Shown piece by piece: positions 1 through 7,729 of a stretch of DNA of 48,485 nt. How positions within the stretch are numbered: position 1 is the stretch's first letter; each line of letters starts with the position of its first letter. Source of the DNA: a virus; IMG/VR virus record IMGVR_UViG_3300028048_000011, positions 1 through 48,485 of that record. One strand, 5' to 3'. The notes below the pieces were generated by a model, which had not been told where the DNA came from, did not search any database, and saw only the letters and a list, made by a program, of their open reading frames with translations. A program made the position numbers and the translations under genes.

Positions 1-127
1 CATGGAGAGCGGAGTCAAGGGATACTTCGAGTTTATAAGCGTCCAGAACTACACAAACCTCAAAGGAGTGACAGATCCGAAAGCATACCTGCAGAACATC
101 AAGGCGGACGGATATGCCACTTCTCTC
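1..127. repeat. Terminal direct repeat, identical to 48359-48485 (assembly overlap of a circular or circularly permuted genome)
   Basis: The first 127 nt (catggagagcggagtcaaggg...ccacttctctc) recur exactly as the last 127 nt. The reading frame of ORF 2..1135 continues in phase from the ORF starting at 48081. Confidence 0.95.
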
Positions 128-1135
128 AATTATGTTGATAACCTCATGGCGGTTATCAAAACATGGAATCTCACAGAATACGATAACAAGGAGGTGGACA
201 CGATGAGCAATAGTCCATTAGTCGTTTACACCAAGCTCTCACCCAACAATTCAGGAGCCAGAAAACACGCTATCGATAGGATCAGTCCTCATTGCGTGGT
301 AGGCCAGTGCAGTGTGGAGACCCTCGGAAATATTTTCGCTCCCACATCAAGACAGGCATCCTGCAACTACGGCATCGGACCCGATGGAAGAGTCGGTATG
401 TATGTAGAGGAAAAGAATCGCTCCTGGTGTACTTCATCCAGTGCGAATGATAACAGAGCGGTGACCATTGAATGCGCTTCAGATGCAAAGGCACCATATG
501 CATTCAAGGATACGGTCTACAACAGACTGATAGATCTCTGCGTGGATATCTGCCAGAGAAACGGCAAGAAGAAGCTGCTCTGGATCAGCGACAAGGCCAA
601 GGCGCTTGCGTATGAGCTGAAGAGCGATGAGATGCTCCTGACGGTTCACAGATGGTTCGCAAACAAGTCCTGTCCGGGAGACTGGCTCATGGCAAGGATG
701 GACGATCTGGCAGCAAAGGTGACCGCAAGGCTCGGTGGAACTTCCACGGGTGGCGGTACCGAGACGAAGAAGCCTGTCTACAGAGTACGGAAGACCTGGT
801 CTGACAGCAAGACTCAGGTCGGAGCCTACAAGGTTCTGGCGAATGCCAAGAAGGCGGCGGACGAGCATCCGGGATATGCGGTCTTCGATGAAAGCGGTGT
901 GAAGGTATATCCTATTTCAGAGCAGGCGGTAACACCGGCAAAGAAGTCATATACCGTCATGATCGATGCGAATGTCCTGAATGTAAGAAAAGGACCCGGA
1001 ATGAACTACGGAATCAACACAACGGTTCGCAAGGGCGAGATCTACACCATCATCGAGGAATCTGCAGATAGTAAGTGGGGCAGGCTGAAGAGCGGAGCAG
1101 GGTGGATATCCCTCGCATACACTCGCAAGAAATAG
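2..1135 (+). CDS. Endolysin, C-terminal part (continuation of 48081..48485 across the circular junction): amidase_2/PGRP-type N-acetylmuramoyl-L-alanine amidase plus C-terminal SH3b-like wall-binding repeats
   Basis: Amidase_2-like motifs are present (HCVVGQ, NYGIGPDGRVGMYVEE, AVTIECAS, HRWFANKSCPG). The C-terminus VLNVRKGPGMNYG...WGRLKSGAGWISLAY is SH3_3-like. The frame is in phase with 48081 through the 127-nt overlap. Confidence 0.85.
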   Translation: MESGVKGYFEFISVQNYTNLKGVTDPKAYLQNIKADGYATSLNYVDNLMAVIKTWNLTEYDNKEVDTMSNSPLVVYTKLSPNNSGARKHAIDRISPHCVVGQCSVETLGNIFAPTSRQASCNYGIGPDGRVGMYVEEKNRSWCTSSSANDNRAVTIECASDAKAPYAFKDTVYNRLIDLCVDICQRNGKKKLLWISDKAKALAYELKSDEMLLTVHRWFANKSCPGDWLMARMDDLAAKVTARLGGTSTGGGTETKKPVYRVRKTWSDSKTQVGAYKVLANAKKAADEHPGYAVFDESGVKVYPISEQAVTPAKKSYTVMIDANVLNVRKGPGMNYGINTTVRKGEIYTIIEESADSKWGRLKSGAGWISLAYTRKK

Positions 1136-1186
1136 CGTTCGGATGCCGCACTGTAGCCATGCACGGTGTGGTGTTTGAATATAAAG

Positions 1187-1228
1187 AGGCGGCAAGGAGT
1201 AAAATCCTGCCGCCTTCTTTTTTTATTT
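1187..1228 (+). terminator. Rho-independent terminator after the endolysin
   Basis: Stem AGGCGGCAAGGA / TCCTGCCGCCT (one bulge) is followed by TCTTTTTTTATTTTTTTC. Confidence 0.65.
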
Positions 1229-1282
1229 TTTTCTTTACAGATTTACATAACAGTGGTATCATGGGGCGGAGGGAAGGGGTTT

Positions 1283-1310
1283 AAGGGGAAACAAAACCCC
1301 TTCTTTTTTT
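1283..1310 (+). terminator. Second rho-independent terminator
   Basis: AAGGGG-aaacaaaa-CCCCTT is followed by CTTTTTTT. Confidence 0.6.
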
Positions 1311-1372
1311 ACGCTTTTTTACTCTCTTTTTCATTATGAGGGGCGAACCCCCACATTATAAAAAAGCGAACA

Positions 1373-2938
1373 TCAGAGCCTTAAAAAAAGAGTTTCACCA
1401 TCCCATGTACACTCCTGAACTACTTCTCTCACTATTGCATTCTTCTCATCTGCAGACAGACCGGAAAGAGACTTCATCATCCCGGCGATCTCCTGCGACC
1501 GCTCGGCAGAGGTCTTTTCTGCAGAAGCAGACCTTCTCGATTCAGACTTCGCAATTTCAATCTCCCTGTTCACAGCAGCCAGAGACAGATCCTCGGTCTC
1601 GATCTGGGCGATGATATACTTCGATGCAGCGGATCCTTCTGCGAGGCTCTCAGTGAGTCTGCTGATACGAGATCGGATAGCCGATGCCTTCCGTTCGAGA
1701 TCCCGAAGAGCAGCGCCATCGTCCTTTTTCTCTTCCACACTGGAATACTTCCTGATCACGGACGGATCCGCTTCAATGTCGGAGAAGATCGCAAGGACCC
1801 GATCATCAAGTTTTGAGCATTTTATCATCGACATATCACAGGCTTCGACTCCCTGCCTCATTCTCTTCAGGCAGTAGTAAGAAGAGCAGACCCTTCCATG
1901 AGCCAACTTCTTCCTGGATACCTGCATCAGACCTCCGCACTTGGCGCAGCGCAGTGTACCCTTCAGGAGAGGAATATCATACTTTTGCTTCTTCTCGAAT
2001 GTGTTCTGACGGAAACGAGCCTGAACAGCGAGCCACTTTTCTGCAGGAACGAACGGAGCATGAACGCCTTCGCACACTACCCATTCAGAATGCGGCTGCA
2101 CCTGATGCTTTTTATTCTTCTCGGTAGATCTACCGTAGATCATCACTCCACATTTTCCATCCCATGACTCACGCTCATCCGCCATCTGGCATCCCAAAGC
2201 GCTATAGAAATCCCATACCTTAGGAGTCGCAGGAACGCAGTACGGCATCGTCAGGATCTTGTAGAGCTGCGTAGTAGAGAAGAAGGCTCCATTCACTGTC
2301 CGTCTTCCCTGGCGCTTGAACTCCGTCTCCATTGCCTGCAGAGAGTATCCGCCTTCGAGAAACTCATCATAGATGCCAAGGACATATTCTGCAGCATCCG
2401 GAACCGGAACGATGGTGCAGTGTTTCTTCCCATTGACCTCGATCCGCTCCCTCTTATATCCGTATGGCGGATTGCCACCAGTCCACAGACCCTTCTTCGC
2501 AAGACCGATCATGTTATCGGTGACACGGGCGGCGATCGTTTCCCTCTCCATCTGGGCGAACACCATCGTGACATACATCATGGCTTTTCCGATCGGAGTA
2601 GCGGTATCGATGTTCTCTTTTATGGATATGAACATGACTCCATGCTCTTCCAGGGAAGAGTATATGTTTGCGAAGTCCTTCACATCACGGGAGAGACGAT
2701 CAAGCTGATACACAACCAGAGCATCCACGATCCCGTCAGAGATATCTGCGAGCAGTCGCTTCAGACCTGGGCGGTTCGTATTGGCTCCGGTGAAACCTTC
2801 ATCCTGATAGCATTCGAAGGACTCCACATCATCAGGGAACTTGAAATCTACAAACTCCCTACACATCCTCTGCTGATTGTCTACAGAGTCGGATTTATCT
2901 GAATAGATGGACTTTCGTCCATAGGTCGCAAAACGCAT
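1373..2938 (-). CDS. int: Large serine recombinase (integrase)
   Basis: The N-terminus is a resolvase-type catalytic domain (MRFATYGRKSIYSDKSDSVDNQ, VVYQLDRLSRD). It is followed by a recombinase domain, a zinc ribbon (CAKCGG...YYCLKR) and a C-terminal coiled coil. I chose the start at ATG 2938 (RBS AAAGGTGG) rather than the track start 3043. Confidence 0.9.
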   Translation of the reverse strand: MRFATYGRKSIYSDKSDSVDNQQRMCREFVDFKFPDDVESFECYQDEGFTGANTNRPGLKRLLADISDGIVDALVVYQLDRLSRDVKDFANIYSSLEEHGVMFISIKENIDTATPIGKAMMYVTMVFAQMERETIAARVTDNMIGLAKKGLWTGGNPPYGYKRERIEVNGKKHCTIVPVPDAAEYVLGIYDEFLEGGYSLQAMETEFKRQGRRTVNGAFFSTTQLYKILTMPYCVPATPKVWDFYSALGCQMADERESWDGKCGVMIYGRSTEKNKKHQVQPHSEWVVCEGVHAPFVPAEKWLAVQARFRQNTFEKKQKYDIPLLKGTLRCAKCGGLMQVSRKKLAHGRVCSSYYCLKRMRQGVEACDMSMIKCSKLDDRVLAIFSDIEADPSVIRKYSSVEEKKDDGAALRDLERKASAIRSRISRLTESLAEGSAASKYIIAQIETEDLSLAAVNREIEIAKSESRRSASAEKTSAERSQEIAGMMKSLSGLSADEKNAIVREVVQECTWDGETLFLRL

Positions 2939-3035
2939 ATAAAACCACCTTTCTACTTGTAGAATCGCCGGAAAGATGGTAGAATAATCGCATGGGTTGT
3001 GATTTTCTTTCGGCAATTCCGTAAGGGAATCCAAG

Positions 3036-3070
3036 GCCGTCACCTTCGCAGAGTGGCGGCTTTTTATTTT
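3036..3070 (+). terminator. Hairpin plus T-run, oriented as a plus-strand terminator at the 3' end of the minus-strand lysogeny operon
   Basis: An 8-bp stem (GCCGTCAC / GTGGCGGC, one G-U pair) is followed by TTTTTATTTT. It could block late or antisense read-through into the repressor operon. The hairpin may also act on the minus-strand transcript. Confidence 0.4.
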
Positions 3071-3621
3071 GCTTCAAACAGTACACGGGATCCTTCTTTT
3101 CTTCTCGTGACTTTTCCTTTCTTTTCAAGATCTTTCATAATACTTTCATAGGAGCGAACTTCATCTTCAGAGAGGATCTTCTTCAGATCTACCTGACTAA
3201 TCGCTCCTGCCTTCTTCACTTCGGAGAGTAGCTTCGACTTTATAGATCGGATCCTCTTCTGATCCGCCTGCCTCTCATTCCATGCATCCAGATATTCCTG
3301 ATATTCATTCGCCATGAACGAATCGAAGTCCTTCTGCACCTGATACCGGACAGCATAGCCATCCTTCTTCAGATAGTCCTCTCCGCCATTCTGCAGACAG
3401 AATTCCCGGAACTCATCGAACAGAGCCAGGGAGCGCCGGAAGGCTTCAACGGTCCGCTCCGGATTGTCATAATATTCGACAGACTGGATCCTCTCGATCC
3501 ACTTTTCTACTTCTGTCTCATGCGCTTCGTAGAACTTCCAGTAGTTATCAATGCCGCCATAAACAGGATGAGGATCCTGATCAGGCTTCTTTTTGAACAG
3601 TCCGAACAATCCCATAGTCAT
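3064..3621 (-). CDS. Hypothetical protein co-transcribed with the repressor. The C-terminal ~50 aa look winged-helix-like
   Basis: This 185-aa ORF has its ATG overlapping the repressor stop (ATGA). I recognise no catalytic motif. The C-terminus reads AISQVDLKKILSEDEVRSYESIMKDLEKKGKVTRRKEG. Confidence 0.7.
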   Translation of the reverse strand: MTMGLFGLFKKKPDQDPHPVYGGIDNYWKFYEAHETEVEKWIERIQSVEYYDNPERTVEAFRRSLALFDEFREFCLQNGGEDYLKKDGYAVRYQVQKDFDSFMANEYQEYLDAWNERQADQKRIRSIKSKLLSEVKKAGAISQVDLKKILSEDEVRSYESIMKDLEKKGKVTRRKEGSRVLFEAK

Positions 3622-3953
3622 TCTCCTTTCATTTCATTCTCGGCATTCTGGGTCTCCAGTAATGCCTTCGCATAAGCCTCTAACCTCTTCGTCCGTTCCG
3701 GATCGAGCTTTCTATAGCAATCTATCAAAGAAGACTCTCCGCCTGGCATCGATGCATCCCATCCCATCAGATAAGACTCTGACACATTCAGGAACGAAGC
3801 GATCGCTTCGATCTTATTCGATGGAATATTTGTGACGATACCGTTCTCATATTTATAGATCGTCTGCTTCGTAGTATTCGCAGCTTTGGCAAGCTCATCC
3901 TGAGTGGCACCTTTTGCTTCTCTTGCGTCTTTTATCCTCTTTCCTATCGTCAT
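3618..3953 (-). CDS. XRE-family HTH repressor (cI-like)
   Basis: The sequence is MTIGKRIKDAREAKGATQDELAKAANTTKQTIYKYENG. It is divergent from a Cro-like gene. The RBS is AAGGGGG. Confidence 0.9.
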   Translation of the reverse strand: MTIGKRIKDAREAKGATQDELAKAANTTKQTIYKYENGIVTNIPSNKIEAIASFLNVSESYLMGWDASMPGGESSLIDCYRKLDPERTKRLEAYAKALLETQNAENEMKGE

Positions 3954-3996
3954 GTCGCTCGCCCCCTTTTATTTGTAGGAACCCTGTGTATCTCCA

Positions 3997-4024
3997 ATTA
4001 TATTACAAAAAATAATATTTTCAA
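3997..4024 (-). promoter_or_regulatory. Candidate sigma-A promoter for the repressor operon
   Basis: On the minus strand: TTGAAA (4024-4019), a 16-nt spacer, then TATAAT (4002-3997). Confidence 0.55.
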
Positions 4025-4031
4025 GTAAAAA

Positions 4032-4048
4032 ATGACTTGACAGGTTAC
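4032..4048. promoter_or_regulatory. Operator-like site 1 (ATGACTTGACAGGTTAC)
   Basis: It matches site 2 at 14 of 17 positions and overlaps the -35 of the rightward promoter. Confidence 0.5.
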
Positions 4049-4064
4049 AAAAATGTAATATAAT
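4037..4064 (+). promoter_or_regulatory. Candidate sigma-A promoter for the early (lytic) operon
   Basis: TTGACA (4037-4042), a 16-nt spacer, then TATAAT (4059-4064). The -35 element is embedded in operator copy 1. Confidence 0.6.
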
Positions 4065-4076
4065 GGTCATTGAGCA

Positions 4077-4093
4077 GTAACTTGTCAGGTTAC
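4077..4093. promoter_or_regulatory. Operator-like site 2 (GTAACTTGTCAGGTTAC)
   Basis: The half-sites are a perfect GTAAC-N7-GTTAC inverted repeat. The site lies between the -10 element and the RBS of the Cro-like gene. Confidence 0.55.
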
Positions 4094-4116
4094 CGGAAGC
4101 AGAAAGGAGTACAAAG

Positions 4117-4317
4117 ATGATCAGAACTGATGAATTAAGAGGAATCATCGCAAAGAATGGAAAATCACAGAGAGATGTGGCTACAGCCATCGGAGTGACT
4201 GAAAAGACCTTCTATCTGAAAATGAAGAAGGGTGTTTTCGGCAGCGATGAGATCGAAAAAATGATCGATTTTCTTCAGATCGAGAATCCTGTGGATATTT
4301 TTTTTGCCAAACAGTAA
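4117..4317 (+). CDS. Small HTH protein, Cro/antirepressor-like
   Basis: This 66-aa protein reads GKSQRDVATAIGVTEKTFYLKMKKG. It has the RBS AAAGGAG and is divergent from the repressor. Confidence 0.8.
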   Translation: MIRTDELRGIIAKNGKSQRDVATAIGVTEKTFYLKMKKGVFGSDEIEKMIDFLQIENPVDIFFAKQ

Positions 4318-4330
4318 CTTGTGAAGTTAC
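4314..4330. promoter_or_regulatory. Operator-like site 3 (GTAACTTGTGAAGTTAC)
   Basis: It has the same GTAAC-N7-GTTAC architecture and overlaps the stop codon of the Cro-like gene. Confidence 0.45.
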
Positions 4331-4357
4331 AAAACAGACGAGATCAATCAGCGGAAA

Positions 4358-4375
4358 ATAACCTTCAGAAGTTAC
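4358..4375. promoter_or_regulatory. Degenerate operator-like site 4 (ATAAC-N8-GTTAC)
   Basis: The half-sites are related, but the spacer is one nt longer. Confidence 0.25.
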
Positions 4376-4409
4376 GGCTCGACCGAAGAAGAAAGGAGAA
4401 GCACAACCC

Positions 4410-4598
4410 ATGGAAGAATTAGAAAAAGTCAAATTAAGCGATGCAACAGATTATCTCATTGAAGAGCTTATGAACGATTACAACCTGAACAAGACTACCG
4501 CTCGAAACCTTCTGGCAAACATTCTCCTTCGGAACCTCGTGATCGAGGAAATCAAAAGCATGGCGGACTACATAACCGGACGGGAGGATAAGGAATGA
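4410..4598 (+). CDS. Hypothetical protein (62 aa)
   Basis: The upstream sequence is RBS GAAAGGAG, then CACAACCC, then ATG. Confidence 0.6.
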   Translation: MEELEKVKLSDATDYLIEELMNDYNLNKTTARNLLANILLRNLVIEEIKSMADYITGREDKE

Positions 4599-4747
4599 AG
4601 CAACCAAAGAAACCAACCTATGAGCAGAAGAAATTGATCAGCAAGAACAAACTGGACTGGAAAGAGTGGATGGTAAAGGACGAGGACAACATATCGATCG
4701 CCCTGATCCACAAGCAGACCGGAAAGATCAAAGTGATATGGAAGTAG
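4595..4747 (+). CDS. Small protein (50 aa), DUF6906-like
   Basis: The sequence is MKQPKKPTYEQKKLISKNKLDWKEWMVKDEDNISIALIHKQTGKIKVIWK. It is not in the ORF track because it is under 60 aa. The ATGA overlaps the upstream stop. The family call is from memory of similar small Firmicutes phage/ICE proteins. Confidence 0.45.
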   Translation: MKQPKKPTYEQKKLISKNKLDWKEWMVKDEDNISIALIHKQTGKIKVIWK

Positions 4748-4756
4748 GTGAAGCAG

Positions 4757-4939
4757 ATGAACGAGATCAAAGTGGAGGTGATGTTCACAGATGGATACCA
4801 GAAGCGATACACGGAGGCAGTGGCGAAGGCGTATCAGAAAAAGAAGCATAGAGAAATGGTGGCGGCAGGGAAAGTCAGCAATCGCCGGTACGGTGGTGAT
4901 CGGAATCATCATAACGCTCCTGGTCATCATACCGACTGA
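4757..4939 (+). CDS. N-terminal fragment of the transglycosylase gene, in a different frame (see findings)
   Basis: MNEIKVEVMFTDGYQKRYTEAVAKAYQKKK looks protein-like and has an RBS (AGGTGA). After about 4845 its translation degenerates, while the +1 frame becomes protein-like. Confidence 0.4.
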   Translation: MNEIKVEVMFTDGYQKRYTEAVAKAYQKKKHREMVAAGKVSNRRYGGDRNHHNAPGHHTD

Positions 4940-5714
4940 TGGGAAAGACCAAGATAACACGCTCATTCAGGTTCCGGAAGAGCGGTACTACATGAGTGAT
5001 GACTACTACTACACCAACTATGAGGACTATGAAGAAGCCTGCAGGCAGAGAGATGAATACTGCCGGCAGCAGGCGGAAGAATCAGCCAGAGAGGTAGAAG
5101 CGCTCGAAAGAGCCAGGGTAGAGATGGAAGAGGCGGTACAGAGAGAGGCGGAAATGCAACTGAAGTTCTCACGAGCCTACTACAACTATCCGGAGCCGTT
5201 CAACGCTCCACCGATCACATGGTATGAGGAAGATCTGATCGGCTTCAGATACTATCAGATCCCTGCAGAGTACGAAAGAGAGGGTGGATACTTCCCTGAC
5301 ATCACGCAGGAATATCTCTGGGTGATCTGTAAAGAGAAGAACATCGACTTCGTGACGATGATCGCTCTCTATGAAGGTGAAAGCGGATATCACTTCGATG
5401 TGATCGGCAAAGCCGGTGACAGTGGATACGGACAGATCGTACCCAGTAGCAACAAAGAGCTGCTCGAAAAACTCGAAGTGACGGACATCCTCAATCCCTA
5501 TCAGAACATCCTCGTATCCTGCACCATTATGGAATGGCTCCTGAATGAATATGATGGCAGCTATGAAAAAGCGCTGACTGCATACAATGCAGGAACCGGT
5601 GGAGCATACAAGCGGTACTTCTCTGCAGGAGTAGACGCCAGTCCGTATGCAAAAGGGATCCTGAAGAAGGCGGATCGGATCAGGAAGGAGATAAACGATG
5701 CAGCAGAAGATTGA
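4791..5714 (+). CDS. Membrane-anchored lytic transglycosylase (SLT domain). The true start is uncertain
   Basis: It has a TM segment (AGTVVIGIIITLLVII), a coiled coil, and an SLT-like region (EGESGYHFDVIG...GYGQI...AYNAGTGG). ATG 4791 has no RBS, and the first ~25 aa look like off-frame translation. Confidence 0.75.
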   Translation: MDTRSDTRRQWRRRIRKRSIEKWWRQGKSAIAGTVVIGIIITLLVIIPTDGKDQDNTLIQVPEERYYMSDDYYYTNYEDYEEACRQRDEYCRQQAEESAREVEALERARVEMEEAVQREAEMQLKFSRAYYNYPEPFNAPPITWYEEDLIGFRYYQIPAEYEREGGYFPDITQEYLWVICKEKNIDFVTMIALYEGESGYHFDVIGKAGDSGYGQIVPSSNKELLEKLEVTDILNPYQNILVSCTIMEWLLNEYDGSYEKALTAYNAGTGGAYKRYFSAGVDASPYAKGILKKADRIRKEINDAAED

Positions 5715-6063
5715 TAACGGAATCATCTTCGTCAAGGCCTCGAAGGAAGAAGAGGCGGTCATCAAGACCTGGCGAATGATGAAGAAAGACAAAGACAAAG
5801 GATACTGGTACGGCGAGATCACAAGACCGCTCCTGGAGAACCTGCAGAGGAACGGCGGACTGATACCTCCAGCAAAAGCAATCCTGAAAGAGATGCTGAC
5901 AGTTCAGGCGGCGGTGGACGCAGAGAGGCTGAAGCCGGACAAAGAGATAAAGCCTCGGTACAAGTACCCGGTCAAGGCGAAGTTATTCACACATCAGACC
6001 AGGGCGGCAAACATGGCGCTGATGGTATTCGGGATCCTTCCGCCGGATGGGAGGAAGGAATGA
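5698..6063 (+). CDS. 121-aa protein whose C-terminus resembles the Q-motif N-terminus of an SNF2/SF2 helicase (split-gene N-fragment)
   Basis: The C-terminus is YKYPVKAKLFTHQTRAANMALMVFGI, matching the L-x-x-HQ-x2-A-x4-L pattern that normally precedes Walker A in phage SNF2 helicases. The RBS is AAGGAG. Confidence 0.6.
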   Translation: MQQKIDNGIIFVKASKEEEAVIKTWRMMKKDKDKGYWYGEITRPLLENLQRNGGLIPPAKAILKEMLTVQAAVDAERLKPDKEIKPRYKYPVKAKLFTHQTRAANMALMVFGILPPDGRKE

Positions 6064-6396
6064 ATGGAATACAAAGCAATAATCGAACGGCTTCAGAGCA
6101 TAAAGGACGGCCAGAACCTCGCTGACAAGGACGAAGAGGCGCTCGATGAAGCGATGGACATAGTCCACGATTACGGACTGGCCACGGAACAAGCAAAGAG
6201 AATGACCGAGAAGTACGAGACCACAAAGGCGGTAATCCAGAGAGGCAATGGCGGATTTGATACATGGCAATGCCCAACCTGCCACCAGTTTATAGGATAC
6301 GGCAACGAACACTGCCACTGGTGCGGACAGAAACTCGGATGGGATATAAGACCAAGAAGACAAGGAGGAAAAGGTAAATGCAGGAAGAACCGCTGA
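6064..6396 (+). CDS. Hypothetical zinc-ribbon protein
   Basis: This 110-aa protein contains CPTCHQFIGYGNEHCHWCGQ (CxxC-x10-CxxC). Its start abuts the upstream stop (TGAATG). Confidence 0.65.
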   Translation: MEYKAIIERLQSIKDGQNLADKDEEALDEAMDIVHDYGLATEQAKRMTEKYETTKAVIQRGNGGFDTWQCPTCHQFIGYGNEHCHWCGQKLGWDIRPRRQGGKGKCRKNR

Positions 6397-7706
6397 AGGA
6401 TAGAGACTGCACGATAAACACCCCGGTCACACTGGGAAAGCAGGACGATCCGATCTACGGCAAAGGCATCAGGATCCGGCCAAGGATAGACGGCAGGAAA
6501 GACACGAAGCACTTCGAGAGCATCTACCTGCAGGAACTCCTGCCACTGGAAGAATACGACCTGATCGTGGTTCTCTTTTCAGGAGGAAAAGACTCCACGG
6601 CCTGCTACCTCAAACTGATAGAACTCGGAGTGCCGAAGGAGAAAATCGAACTCTGGCACCACGACATAGACGGCGGACACCCTACCAGAAGAATGGACTG
6701 GCGATGCACCCAGAACTACGTGAAAGCGATAGCGGACGCAGAAGGAGTGACGCTTCGGGTTTCCTACCGGGTGAACGGCTTCTTCGGAGAACTCTACCGC
6801 ATAGGAGCATCGGAGCCGATCGAGTGGATCGACCCGGACACCGGGGAAGTAAAGCAGTGCAAACTTTCACCGAACTACCTCAAATGCAAGGAACTCAAAG
6901 AGCAGGCAACGGAGGAGATGGAAGAACTCCTGAAGGAATACGGCTACCGCCTAAAGTTCCCGGCAAAAACAGGAGACCTCTCCAGAAGATGGTGCAGCGC
7001 ATACCTGAAGATAGATGTGATGGGATCCGTAATCAGTAACCTCGACAGGCTCAAAGAACTGGAAGAACTCGGAGGCAAGCGTCACAAGTTCCCTGCAAAG
7101 GGAGGAACGCACCAAGGGAGATGGTGCAGCGGAAACCTCAAAGCGGCAGTCCAGGACAGCGTGACGGCGAACCTGCAGGAGACAAGGAAGGACAAGAAGA
7201 TCCTGATCGTCTCCGGGGAACGAAGAGGAGAATCCGCAGGCAGAGCAAAGTACAACGAGATCGAGATAGGCAGACAGAATGCCACGGCCAAAGCGCACAG
7301 GATCGTCCACCAGTGGAGATGCTGCATAGACTACACGGAAAAGGATGTCTGGGAACTCTTAAAGAGACACCACATCAATCCACATCCATGCTACCGGCTC
7401 GGATGGAACCGATGCAGCTGCGCAATGTGCATCTTCAGCACACCAAGATTATACGCAGGCTTCAATGAACTCTTCCCGGAAGACTTCAAAGAACTCCACA
7501 ACGATGAGGTAAGGCTCGGATTTACGCTCGACAACAAAAAGAACCTCTACGAGTTCATCGAGGGAGCCGAAAGCTGCGTGAACAGGAACGACCAGAAGGC
7601 ACTCCACAGCATCCAAACCGGGGAATTCACAACGGAGGATGTCTACATAGAGGACTGGAAGTATCCGGCCGGAGCCTTCCACGGAGCAGACGGAGGATCC
7701 TGCTGA
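6378..7706 (+). CDS. PAPS-reductase/PP-loop ATP-pyrophosphatase family protein (phage type, DndC-like fold)
   Basis: It has a PP-loop (VVLFSGGKDSTACY), RWCS..LK motifs (twice), and a C-terminal GWNRCSCAMCIF cysteine cluster. The RBS is AGGAGGA. Confidence 0.8.
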   Translation: MQEEPLKDRDCTINTPVTLGKQDDPIYGKGIRIRPRIDGRKDTKHFESIYLQELLPLEEYDLIVVLFSGGKDSTACYLKLIELGVPKEKIELWHHDIDGGHPTRRMDWRCTQNYVKAIADAEGVTLRVSYRVNGFFGELYRIGASEPIEWIDPDTGEVKQCKLSPNYLKCKELKEQATEEMEELLKEYGYRLKFPAKTGDLSRRWCSAYLKIDVMGSVISNLDRLKELEELGGKRHKFPAKGGTHQGRWCSGNLKAAVQDSVTANLQETRKDKKILIVSGERRGESAGRAKYNEIEIGRQNATAKAHRIVHQWRCCIDYTEKDVWELLKRHHINPHPCYRLGWNRCSCAMCIFSTPRLYAGFNELFPEDFKELHNDEVRLGFTLDNKKNLYEFIEGAESCVNRNDQKALHSIQTGEFTTEDVYIEDWKYPAGAFHGADGGSC

Positions 7707-7729
7707 AAGAATAAGGAGAAACACAACCC

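Noticed and set aside
1336-2902. Several plus-strand ORFs (1336..1614, 1611..1877, 1813..2127, 2373..2708, 2420..2902).
   Set aside because: All are antisense to the serine-integrase gene, which has clear catalytic and zinc-ribbon motifs.
2939-3035. I looked for attP next to the serine integrase (2939-3035 and 1136-1372).
   Set aside because: Short imperfect inverted repeats exist (for example ATTCC-gtaag-GGAAT near 3017). Nothing can be identified as attP without the bacterial attB or prophage junctions, so I make no call.
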